This document shows, one piece after another, positions 1 to 8,623 of a stretch of DNA of 61,235 nt. The stretch lies in contig JAQIBG010000084.1 of the NCBI GenBank assembly GCA_027859175.1, forward strand, positions 1 to 61,235. The letters run 5' to 3'. The DNA comes from Planctomycetota bacterium (GTDB taxonomy: Bacteria > Planctomycetota > UBA11346). A program made the position numbers and the translations under genes. The notes under the pieces were generated by a model, which saw nothing but the letters and a program-made list of their open reading frames with translations, was not told the origin of the DNA and did no database searches. How positions within the stretch are numbered: position 1 is the first letter of the stretch; every line of letters begins with the position of its first letter.

Positions 1-1
1 C

Positions 2-574
2 GCCACCATCCCCCTCGCCACCGCCCTGCGCTGGGGCCTAGCCGAGAGCGCCATGGCCGAACTGATGCGCGGCGCCTTCCTGATGGCTCCCGAGCCAACC
101 CCCATCGACGCCGCCCTCGCCGAACAATGGGCGCGCGATCGCAGCAGCGGCATCGATCAAGAAACCACCCGGCTTGAAATTCAAGCCCGCCTGCGCCGCC
201 TGTGCGCAAGCGCCAAAGAAGTCAGCGACGATGGCTCTACCGACGTGGTCGCGCGCATGGCCAGTTGGCTCGCCGACCACCACCAAGACGACTGCAGCCT
301 CGATGACCTAGCGCGAGACGTTGGCCTGCACCCCAAATACGCATCAACACGCTTTCGCCAAGCCTGCGGCATGAGTCCATGGCAATACTTGATGCGCCTG
401 CGCATCGCCACCGCCCAGCGCCTGATGCTGACCAGCACCCACACCGTGCTCGCCATCGCGCAACAGGCCGGCTTCGGCTCCCAAGCCCGCTTCTACGCCG
501 CCTTCAAAGACGTGTGCGGCGAAGCCCCCGGCCAATGGCGCCGCCGCTACCGCGCCAAGGCGGACCATTCATAG
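2..574 (+). CDS. AraC family transcriptional regulator (5'-truncated by the window)
   Basis: Frame is open from position 2. C-terminal double HTH: SLDDLARDVGLHPKYASTRFRQACGMSP...IAQQAGFGSQARFYAAFKDVCGEAPGQWR. Confidence 0.9.
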   Translation, partial: ATIPLATALRWGLAESAMAELMRGAFLMAPEPTPIDAALAEQWARDRSSGIDQETTRLEIQARLRRLCASAKEVSDDGSTDVVARMASWLADHHQDDCSLDDLARDVGLHPKYASTRFRQACGMSPWQYLMRLRIATAQRLMLTSTHTVLAIAQQAGFGSQARFYAAFKDVCGEAPGQWRRRYRAKADHS

Positions 575-606
575 CCAAGGTTTGTGAGTGCACCGAGGCG
601 CATCGC

Positions 607-1539
607 CTAGCCAGACGGCGGCACCGACGGGTCAGCCGAAAACCGGCCAATACGCGAGGGGTCGTCTTGCTCGGCTGGTTCGAGGTGCACGATGACATCT
701 TCGATCGGCAGTTCGCTGGCCATCAGGCGGTCTTGCACCTGGTGCCCGATCCGGTGGCCTTCAAATACGCTGGTGGCACCGGGCACCTGGACGTGAATAT
801 CGAGGTGCAGGCCAAGGCCGGCCTTACGCACACGGCATTTCTCAACCCGCACCACGCCCTCATGACTGCCTGCGATTGACCGCACCTCAGCCACCAGGCC
901 AGGATCGGCACTGCGATCCATCAAGTCATCGAGGGCGCGTTTGAGCAGACGCATGCCGTTCGCGAAAATCACACCACAGGCCAACAAGGCGGCCCAGTCG
1001 TCGGCCTGCGCGTAGTCCTCGCCGCCGATCACGGCAATCGTAATCCCGATAAACGCGGCGGCCGAGGTAATCGCGTCACCGCGGTGATGCCAGGCTTCGG
1101 CCAGCAGGCTGCGGCTGTCGAGGCGCTCACCCAGATGGCGCAGCCACCGGTACATGACTTCCTTAATGACAATCACCCCTGCCAACACGTACAGGGTCCA
1201 ACTGGCGGGCATTTCCTGCGGCACCGCGATTTCACGCACCGCCTGCACGGCGATCAGCACACCGGCACCGATAATCAATAAGGACACCGCCGCGGCCGAC
1301 AGCGTCTCAGCCTTGCCATGGCCGTAGGGGTGATCTTCGTCGGCAGGGCGTGACGCGATACGCAAGCCGCTCCACACCACCAAACCACCGAGAATATCGA
1401 CGCTGGATTCGATACCGTCGGCAACCAGCGCCCAGGACGTGCCCCACCAGCCCGCTGCCACTTTGACAACAGCGAGTACGGCGCTGATCGCGATCACCGC
1501 CCGCATCGTTCTCCGCGCTACCCGTTCCACGCGCGCCAT
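607..1539 (-). CDS. Cation diffusion facilitator (FieF-like) metal efflux transporter
   Basis: SWALVADGIESSVD, PADEDHPYGHGKAE, AWHHRGD, C-terminal dimerisation domain ending VIVHLEP. Confidence 0.92.
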   Translation of the reverse strand: MARVERVARRTMRAVIAISAVLAVVKVAAGWWGTSWALVADGIESSVDILGGLVVWSGLRIASRPADEDHPYGHGKAETLSAAAVSLLIIGAGVLIAVQAVREIAVPQEMPASWTLYVLAGVIVIKEVMYRWLRHLGERLDSRSLLAEAWHHRGDAITSAAAFIGITIAVIGGEDYAQADDWAALLACGVIFANGMRLLKRALDDLMDRSADPGLVAEVRSIAGSHEGVVRVEKCRVRKAGLGLHLDIHVQVPGATSVFEGHRIGHQVQDRLMASELPIEDVIVHLEPAEQDDPSRIGRFSADPSVPPSG

Positions 1540-1628
1540 CCTGGACCGATGCGGGCCAGCGCAAGCGTGCGGCGTTGCACCGCAACAGGGCGGGCTACCG
1601 TTGCATCCTACCTGTGAAGGAATGCACC

Positions 1629-2624
1629 ATGGATTACCTCCCTGCTGACGAACGTTATGACGGCCGCATGGCCTACCGCCGCTGCGGCCACTCAGGACTG
1701 CACCTGCCGGCGGTGTCGCTGGGGCTGTGGCACAACTTCGGCGGGGTCGACACCCGCTCGACTGCGCGCGCCATGCTGCTGCGCGCCTTTGACCTCGGCA
1801 TCACCCATTTTGACCTAGCCAACAACTACGGCCCGCCTCCCGGATCGGCCGAAGAATGCTTTGGCGCCGTCTATGCCGCCGACCTCAAACCCTGGCGTGA
1901 CGAGTTGGTCATCTCCAGCAAGGCCGGCTACCGGATGTGGCCCGGCCCCTACGGCGAATGGGGCTCGCGCAAATACCTGGTAGCCAGCTGCGACCAAAGC
2001 CTCAAACGGATGGGGCTCGACTACCTCGATATTTTCTACCATCACCGGCCCGACCCCAACACGCCGCTGGAAGAAACCATGCAGGCGCTCGACTACATCG
2101 TGCGCTCTGGCCGCGCGCTCTACGCTGGGATCTCAAGCTACAATCCCGAGCAGACCCGCGAAGCAGCCCGCATCCTCAAAGACCTGGGCACGCCCTGCCT
2201 GATCCACCAGCCCAGCTACAGCATGCTCAACCGCTGGGTTGAAGACGGCCTCCTCACCGCGCTCGACGACACCGGCATGGGCTCAATCGTGTTCTCACCG
2301 CTGGCCCAAGGCCTGCTGACCAACAAATACCTCGGCGGTATCCCGGCCGACAGCCGCGCCAAAAAGGCCCACGGCTTCCTCAAAGAAGACCGCATCACGC
2401 CGGAACTCCTGCGCACCATCACCACCCTCAATGCCATCGCCGAAGCCCGCCAGGCCAGCCTAGCCCAACTCGCGATCCTCTGGGTCTTGCGTCACCCCCA
2501 AGTCACCAGCGCCCTGATCGGCGCGAGCAAAGTCAGCCAAATCGAAGACATCGCCGCCATCTGCCAACAAGACCCCCTCAGCAACGACGAATGCGCCGCC
2601 ATCGAAGCCGCCCTTAAAGCCTGA
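1629..2624 (+). CDS. gpr: Aldo/keto reductase, L-glyceraldehyde 3-phosphate reductase (Gpr/YghZ) type
   Basis: SLGLWHNFG, FDLANNYGPPPGSAE, MWPGPYGEWGSRKYL, IFYHHRPDP, FSPLAQGLLTNKYL; ATG at 1629 chosen. Confidence 0.9.
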   Translation: MDYLPADERYDGRMAYRRCGHSGLHLPAVSLGLWHNFGGVDTRSTARAMLLRAFDLGITHFDLANNYGPPPGSAEECFGAVYAADLKPWRDELVISSKAGYRMWPGPYGEWGSRKYLVASCDQSLKRMGLDYLDIFYHHRPDPNTPLEETMQALDYIVRSGRALYAGISSYNPEQTREAARILKDLGTPCLIHQPSYSMLNRWVEDGLLTALDDTGMGSIVFSPLAQGLLTNKYLGGIPADSRAKKAHGFLKEDRITPELLRTITTLNAIAEARQASLAQLAILWVLRHPQVTSALIGASKVSQIEDIAAICQQDPLSNDECAAIEAALKA

Positions 2625-2630
2625 GCCTAT

Positions 2631-2960
2631 AGTCCTGAGTCATGCCCGGTTGTTTTACGCCAGGGCGCCAGGGCGCCAGGGCGCCAGGGCGCCAGAGGAT
2701 TGAGAGTTGGGGACAGCTCGGGTATGGTCCCGGAGTCTGCAGCGCGACATTCGTTATGGATGCGCCCACAAAGCCTGATCCTACTGCCCGGTGATTCTAC
2801 GCCAGGGCGCCAGGGGTTGAGGGCCGGGAATAGCTCGGGCATGGTCCGGGGTCTGCAGCGCGGCGATCATTATCGATGCCACCTCAACGCCCGATCGACG
2901 CGCAGACCTCAACCACACTACTCCCCTGGCGTCCTGGCGCCCTGGCGTCCTGGCGTAAAA
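2631..2960. repeat. Intergenic element with inverted (CGCCAGGG)n arms and an internal ~110-130 bp imperfect duplication
   Basis: TTTTA(CGCCAGGG)x4+ at 2653-2695 is the near reverse complement of (YCCTGGCG)x4 TAAAA at 2924-2960; 2631-2763 resembles 2772-2879. Confidence 0.85.
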
Positions 2961-3733
2961 TCTGAGGAACTACCATCGCTCAGCCCATAGCGTCGTATGG
3001 GGAGGATGAGGCTTGCGAGGAAGCTCCAGGGGGCGCCGGGGAGGCCGATGCGGACGGTGCTTTGATTGGCGATGGATAGGCTGCGGTGGAGGCGGTCCCA
3101 GCACGAGAGCACCACGCCGTAGTTGGCGTCGCCTTCGTGGCGTTGCTCTGAGTGGTGGCTGCCGTGGATGGCGGGGGTCACCAGCACGACTTGCAGAACT
3201 CGTTCGAGGCGCGCGCCCAGGCGCCAGTTGGCGTGGTGGAACAACACCGCAGCCTGGAAAATACTTTCGTAGATCAGGTAGGCGTCGAGCGCGATGCCGA
3301 TCAGGGCGATCTGGGCAATGCGCACAGCGGCCGACAGGGCCAGTTCGCCGATGTGAAAGCGCAGCGCGGTGCTGACACCACAATCGGGATCGGCGTGGTG
3401 CATGGCGTGAAAGCGCCACAGCAGCGGCACGCGATGGTTAGCGCGGTGCCACCAGTAGAAGGTCCAGTCGAGCAGCAGCGCACCGAGCACACCCTCTACC
3501 ACCGGATGCCACTGCACGAGGCCGAGGAGTCCGCCGGCGCCCGGCTGCGTGGCCAAGGTCCAATTCGCCACCGGCTTGACTAGCAATGCCGCCACCGCCA
3601 CCGCGAGCATGGCCAAGGCGGCGTTGGTTACCGCTCGGCGCCACCATGGGCCACGCCACGGGCGGGCCGGCCAGCGCCATTGCAGCAGCAATAAGGCACA
3701 GGCCCAGACTGCGATGACAAGCGGCGCCCACAT
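2918..3733 (-). CDS. Sterol desaturase / fatty acid hydroxylase superfamily membrane protein
   Basis: His boxes YWWHRANH, FHAMHH, HGSHHS; NYGVVLSCWDRL; start set at MWAPLV (3733). Confidence 0.85.
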   Translation of the reverse strand: MWAPLVIAVWACALLLLQWRWPARPWRGPWWRRAVTNAALAMLAVAVAALLVKPVANWTLATQPGAGGLLGLVQWHPVVEGVLGALLLDWTFYWWHRANHRVPLLWRFHAMHHADPDCGVSTALRFHIGELALSAAVRIAQIALIGIALDAYLIYESIFQAAVLFHHANWRLGARLERVLQVVLVTPAIHGSHHSEQRHEGDANYGVVLSCWDRLHRSLSIANQSTVRIGLPGAPWSFLASLILPIRRYGLSDGSSSDFTPGRQGARTPGE

Positions 3734-3841
3734 GGGCACCGGTATACGTGACGCCACGCGCAGTCCCAACACGATCCTGCGTGCATAGCGATGAACGCAC
3801 CCAGCCCACGAGCGCGTAGCATGGGTGGCTGGAGCATCAGC

Positions 3842-5110
3842 ATGAAACTCGTTGTCCTTGGCGCCGGAAGCTACGTCTTTGCCCCCACCGTGATCATTGA
3901 TGCTTATGCCCGGCTTGGGCGCGGCGATATCGACCTGGCCCTGGTTGATCTCAACCACCAAGCAGCCACCACCATAGCCGGCGTAGCCACGCGCATTGCC
4001 GCCAACGCCGGACTGAATCCGCGCATCAGCGCGCACACCCAGATCGCCGAAGCCCTGCCCGGGGCTGACATGGTGATCTGCTGTGCCGCGATTCAGGGCC
4101 AACAACGCTTCGCGCGCGATGCCGCTCTGCTTCAGGCGCATGGCCTCGGCGGTCTCGCCTATAGCCTGCGCTCGATCCACCTAGTTCTCGACCTGTGCGC
4201 GCAAATGTGGCAGTTGTGCCCCCAGGCCTGGTTGCTCGACGTCACCAATCCGATGCCGCGCGTGGTCACCGCCGCGTGGCGCTACGGCGGCGTACGCAGC
4301 ATTGGCTTTAGTAACGCCGCCTGGGGCAGCAGCACCGGCCACCAGCGACCGGCAACCGCACTCGGACGCAGCCCCGATGAATTAATCACCACCAGCGCCG
4401 GGCTCAATCATTTCGCGTGGCTACTGGACCTACGCGAGCGCGCCACCGGTCGCGACCTGCTCGGCGAGCTCGAGCACCTGGTAGCCAGCGGTACCACTAC
4501 CGCCTTCGGTAAGGGTGAGATCGCCAGTCAATGGCTGCAGCGTTACGGCGCCATAGCGATGTCGGGCACAAGTCATCAGAGCGAGTGGATCAGCGACGCC
4601 GCAGCCAGTGCTCACAGTCCTTTCCATGGCGATCCCGCTGAGCGCGAAGCCGCCTGGGCCGACCTCGCCGCCATCGCCGCCGGCACCCGCAGCTGGCAAG
4701 ACGCTGCGATCACGCATAGCTGGGAACACCCGGTGGCCGTAGCCTGCGCCCTGCACGATGGCACCGACCTGAGCATCGACATGGCCAACGTGCCTAATGA
4801 CGGACACCTGCCGCAATTGCCGGCGGGGGCCATCATCGAAGCACCGATCAGCTGTGCCGGCGGCAGCCTAAGCCCAGGCACTGGACTCCGCCTCCCAGGC
4901 CAAGTGGCCGCCATCTGCCAGCAGGTTAGCGCGGTTCATGAGCTGTTAGCCGAGGGTGCGGCACGCGCCAGCATCACCCACCTGCATCAGGCTATCAACC
5001 GCGACCCGGCCATTCCCGAGACTCAGCGTGACGCCGCGCACACCGTTCTCCCACTCCTGGTCCGCGAGCATGCCGACATCCTTGGCTGGGAACCAAGCCT
5101 GAGCGCATGA
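3842..5110 (+). CDS. Family 4 glycoside hydrolase (NAD+/Mn2+-dependent), possibly degenerate
   Basis: Rossmann start KLVVLGAGS, VTNPM, AGLNHFAW, NVPNDGHLPQLP..AIIE; expected Cys is Ser (GFSN). Confidence 0.8.
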   Translation: MKLVVLGAGSYVFAPTVIIDAYARLGRGDIDLALVDLNHQAATTIAGVATRIAANAGLNPRISAHTQIAEALPGADMVICCAAIQGQQRFARDAALLQAHGLGGLAYSLRSIHLVLDLCAQMWQLCPQAWLLDVTNPMPRVVTAAWRYGGVRSIGFSNAAWGSSTGHQRPATALGRSPDELITTSAGLNHFAWLLDLRERATGRDLLGELEHLVASGTTTAFGKGEIASQWLQRYGAIAMSGTSHQSEWISDAAASAHSPFHGDPAEREAAWADLAAIAAGTRSWQDAAITHSWEHPVAVACALHDGTDLSIDMANVPNDGHLPQLPAGAIIEAPISCAGGSLSPGTGLRLPGQVAAICQQVSAVHELLAEGAARASITHLHQAINRDPAIPETQRDAAHTVLPLLVREHADILGWEPSLSA

Positions 5111-5235
5111 GAGTAGACGCCTTAGCCGCGTCAGAATCCAACGCGCTGGAAAAGGTGTTCTTGAGCCAACGCCCCCATTCAACAGGCGGCAAGAAGCCGC
5201 CTTGCCCTCGCCGCAGGCGGTGATCCGATTCAGGG

Positions 5236-6099
5236 ATGCCGCGCAAGGCGCTCCCCGCCGCACTGATCAACATCCCGCACATCGCCGCTGGCCCAGCGCT
5301 ATTGGCCAGCGCCGGCTATCACGGCTTTGGCACCGCCATCGTGTCGCATCCGCGCACGGCCACATGTTGGCATATTATTTGTCAACTCGAGCGGCCCGCG
5401 CGCTGGTGCCATAACGATGGCACCCTCCTGCTCCGGCCCGGGCACCTGTGCGTGATTGAACCGGGGCACACTTTTCACGGCGCCGACGGGATTGACCATC
5501 CCAACGCCCATTGTTGGTTCAATGTCGACCCCACGGTCGCCAGCCGTCACGATCGCAGCGTGCTGCACGGTGCCGACCGCCACGCCTTGCATGCCGCCTT
5601 GCGCGCAGGCGCGGGGCGCTGCCATCCCTTTACCGGTGATCTCGCCCAGGCCCTGCGTGACCTGGTGGGCCTGTTACCACCAAGCGCCACGCCCTATGCC
5701 AAGGCCACGTTGAACCTTGCCCTCGACCGAGTGCTCGTGGGCATTGCCGTGAGTCTGGGTGGCGAGGCGCCGCCCAGCGCCGACCACGCGGTGCAAACGG
5801 CGCTCGGTATTATTGAACACAACGTCCTATTGGGTGAGAAGGTTTCGGTCAGCGACCTCGCGGCGGCCAGCAAACTCAGCGCCACCGTGTTTTCGCGCCG
5901 CTTCAAGGCCGCAACCGGCCGCCCACCGGCCGAGTTTGTGATCTGGCGCCGCGCGCGCCTCGCCATCGCCCATCCGCAACGCGGGGCCACGGTCACCGCC
6001 GCAGCTATCGACACCGGCTTTAGCTCCTCACAACACTTCGCAACCTGCTGCCGCCGCTTATTCAGGCGCAGCCCCAGCGCACTGGCACAAGAACCATGA
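5236..6099 (+). CDS. AraC family transcriptional regulator
   Basis: Cupin-like N-terminus; VSDLAAASKLSATVFSRRFKAATGRPP, GFSSSQHFATCCRRLFRRSPS. Confidence 0.88.
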   Translation: MPRKALPAALINIPHIAAGPALLASAGYHGFGTAIVSHPRTATCWHIICQLERPARWCHNDGTLLLRPGHLCVIEPGHTFHGADGIDHPNAHCWFNVDPTVASRHDRSVLHGADRHALHAALRAGAGRCHPFTGDLAQALRDLVGLLPPSATPYAKATLNLALDRVLVGIAVSLGGEAPPSADHAVQTALGIIEHNVLLGEKVSVSDLAAASKLSATVFSRRFKAATGRPPAEFVIWRRARLAIAHPQRGATVTAAAIDTGFSSSQHFATCCRRLFRRSPSALAQEP

Positions 6100-7336
6100 G
6101 CATGAAGCACTGTCTTCTGTCCGCTGTGCTGTGCTCGGGTATCAGCGCCGCCGAAACCGATGTGCCGTTGAGCGGTGGCGGCAATGGCTGGGCATTATTA
6201 CCGCACGCCTTCTACACCGATTCTTACGGACTCGCTGGCGGCGGCGCTGGCATTCACACCACGAACGATTCGCCGAGTGCCGGTTCATCACCGCCTTGGC
6301 TGGCACTAACGACACGGTGGCGGCCTATGCCGGTATCGTCGACTATCGCCCCTTCGCCGAGAGCGATCCCGGCCTCGATGTCAGCGCCTTGGGCGGCCGG
6401 GGCAACTTCGGCACGCAACGTATCTACACCAGCGCCAACCCAATGCCACGCGCCGATCGTGCCGGCACCAATGAATCAAACCGCGATAATCGCCTCGAAG
6501 GCAGTGGGCATGACGGATTCGCCGAAGGCCAAATCCGTTGGTTGCTGCCGCTGCTCGACGGCACCCACAACCGCATAGGCAATCTTCACGATCGCGGTGG
6601 CACCGCTCCACCCCCGATCCGGGCCGGTTTGATCCGCGGCCAAGCTGAGATATTCACCCGCGACCTGTCGGTGGCTGACGAGGGCCAGACTCAAAGTTTT
6701 GCGACCTTCGGCGGACGCCTCAACCTGAGCTTCGACACCCGCGATAACGAACTCAATCCCACCCGTGGCATTCTTCTGCAGACAGGAGTCAGCGCCGATC
6801 CGGGCTGGGCCGATGACGGCGATTCGTGGTGGACGCTTGAAGGCGAGGCCAGCGGCTTTGCCCCGCTGCCACTTGGTCAGTCGTTTCTCCGGCGCCTGGT
6901 GATCGGCGCCGGACTGTGGACCATCGACACGCCAAGCTGGGATGAGGCGCCCGACGGCACCATCACGCATCGCCCACCGCCTTTCGACGGCGCCAAACTC
7001 GGCGGCTTCGACCACCTCCGCGCCTATAGTTTCAACCGTTTCAATGATCGCGCTGCTTGGCACTTCACCCTCGAACTGCGCGCCATGCCTGACTTCGATC
7101 CTGAAATCCGCCTGCCCTACATCGGCTCTATCGGCATTGTTTGGTGGCTAGTGGTGCTGTTTACCGAAATCGGCCGCGTTGCTCCCGAGTGGAACCCAGA
7201 AACCTTCATCGACGACCCGCGCATGGACATTGGCCTCGGACTGCGCGCCTTGGTGTTTGGCGGCTTACTACGTGGCGACCTCGCCTATGGCGACGAAGGC
7301 GTTGGCCTCAAATTCATGGTCGGTCACGCGTTCTAG
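6096..7336 (+). pseudogene. BamA/TamA (Omp85 surface-antigen-like) outer membrane beta-barrel, frameshifted near 6255-6275
   Basis: Signal peptide and LPHAFYTDSYGLAGG are in the 6096 frame; the barrel body (FDTRDNELNPTRG, LGGFDHLRAYSFNRF, DIGLGLRA, terminal VGHAF) is in the 6131 frame. A sequencing error is possible. Confidence 0.7.
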
Positions 7337-8484
7337 TCTTCAAATAATTCGGCGATCCCAATCGCCTCTTCGCCGCAGCCGGTGTAGAGCAGGTACAGGC
7401 GCCCCTCTTCCTCATAGAGGCACGGGTCGCGCAATTGGTTAACGCCCTCGGCACTGCCACTGCGCGAGATCCTGATACTGCCATCTGGTTCAAGAATACC
7501 GGCACCCTCCCAGGGCATTTCGGGCGCGAGTATCTCCAGGTCACGCGCCAGCAGCTGCCAGCGCGCTGGATCGGGCTCGCTCGCGTCGATCTGCGCCAAT
7601 TGAATGCGCTCAGGTGCATCGGGGCGACAAGAATAGAACACATCAATCCGAGTACCAACCAGGCGGAATGCCACATGGCGCGGCAGATGCTTCGCATCAT
7701 GCGCGCCCGCGGGCACCGGGTCGCGCTGGAATGACGCAGCCAAGGCCATCGGCACCAACTGCCACACACGTTCGCCGCCGGGATGCGGCTCGGCCTGCCA
7801 CAGCGCATCATCAACAATGTGGCGCGGTGCCTGTGGCGCTAACCAGAGCTCACCACAGACACTGACCGCCCACGTGCGGCCATGCAAGGCGAACACCCGA
7901 AGATACGGGCGGCCCAAAACGTAGGAACGCAAGCCATGTCCGTCAGCGCGCGCATTGGCCACGCCGTTGAAGTCAAGACCATCGGCACTAGTCGCCACAA
8001 AGCTCTGCTGACCATGACTGGCATCCTGCCACCGGCACGGAGCGTGCAGATACATCACGATGCGCTGCTGCTCGTCGTCGACATGAACATCCGGCGACGC
8101 AAGGTGCTCGATCATGGTTAATCCCAGCGCCAAATGCACCTGAGCCTTTCCTCCAAGGGCACGGCGCTCGGGATTATGACAGTCCATGTCCAACACTCCG
8201 CGCTGCTCACCCACGGCCACACCGGTGCGATAGAGCTGCCATGGACCCGTGAGATCCTCAGCCCAAGCCATCCGAATATATTCACCCTGATGATGGGCAA
8301 AATAGCAGTAGTAGCGAGCCCGTGGGTCAGCCCTGCGTTCAGGCGTAATCCAATCGGGCACCTTGATCAGGCTCGGACCGTTAACGTTGCGGGCCTCGTG
8401 CTCGTCGCCGCCGGCAGCGCGCACCATGGCGCGGGTGATGATCGGCTCGCCTTCATTGAGCCGCTGGGCACGGTAGACACTCAT
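7333..8484 (-). CDS. Putative five-bladed beta-propeller glycoside hydrolase-like protein (GH43/GH130-like superfamily)
   Basis: NGPSLIKVP, YYCYFAHH, ASPDVHVD, NQLRDPCLYEEEGRLYLLYT..GEEAIGIAEL. Confidence 0.6.
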   Translation of the reverse strand: MSVYRAQRLNEGEPIITRAMVRAAGGDEHEARNVNGPSLIKVPDWITPERRADPRARYYCYFAHHQGEYIRMAWAEDLTGPWQLYRTGVAVGEQRGVLDMDCHNPERRALGGKAQVHLALGLTMIEHLASPDVHVDDEQQRIVMYLHAPCRWQDASHGQQSFVATSADGLDFNGVANARADGHGLRSYVLGRPYLRVFALHGRTWAVSVCGELWLAPQAPRHIVDDALWQAEPHPGGERVWQLVPMALAASFQRDPVPAGAHDAKHLPRHVAFRLVGTRIDVFYSCRPDAPERIQLAQIDASEPDPARWQLLARDLEILAPEMPWEGAGILEPDGSIRISRSGSAEGVNQLRDPCLYEEEGRLYLLYTGCGEEAIGIAELFED

Positions 8485-8559
8485 AGAAGGTGAGTCTGCG
8501 CGAGCACACAGTCGAGACTAGCCGAAGATGCCAAAGTGCCGACCGTGCTGCCACACAAG

Positions 8560-8592
8560 GAAGCCGCCCTGCGGCTTGCGTAGAGCGGCTTC
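8560..8592 (-). terminator. Probable terminator hairpin after the beta-helix gene
   Basis: GAAGCCGC...GCGGCTTC stem about 30 nt after the stop at 8624; weak U tract. Confidence 0.5.
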
Positions 8593-8623
8593 AGCAGTGC
8601 TGGGGTGATGCTGCGGCGGACTC

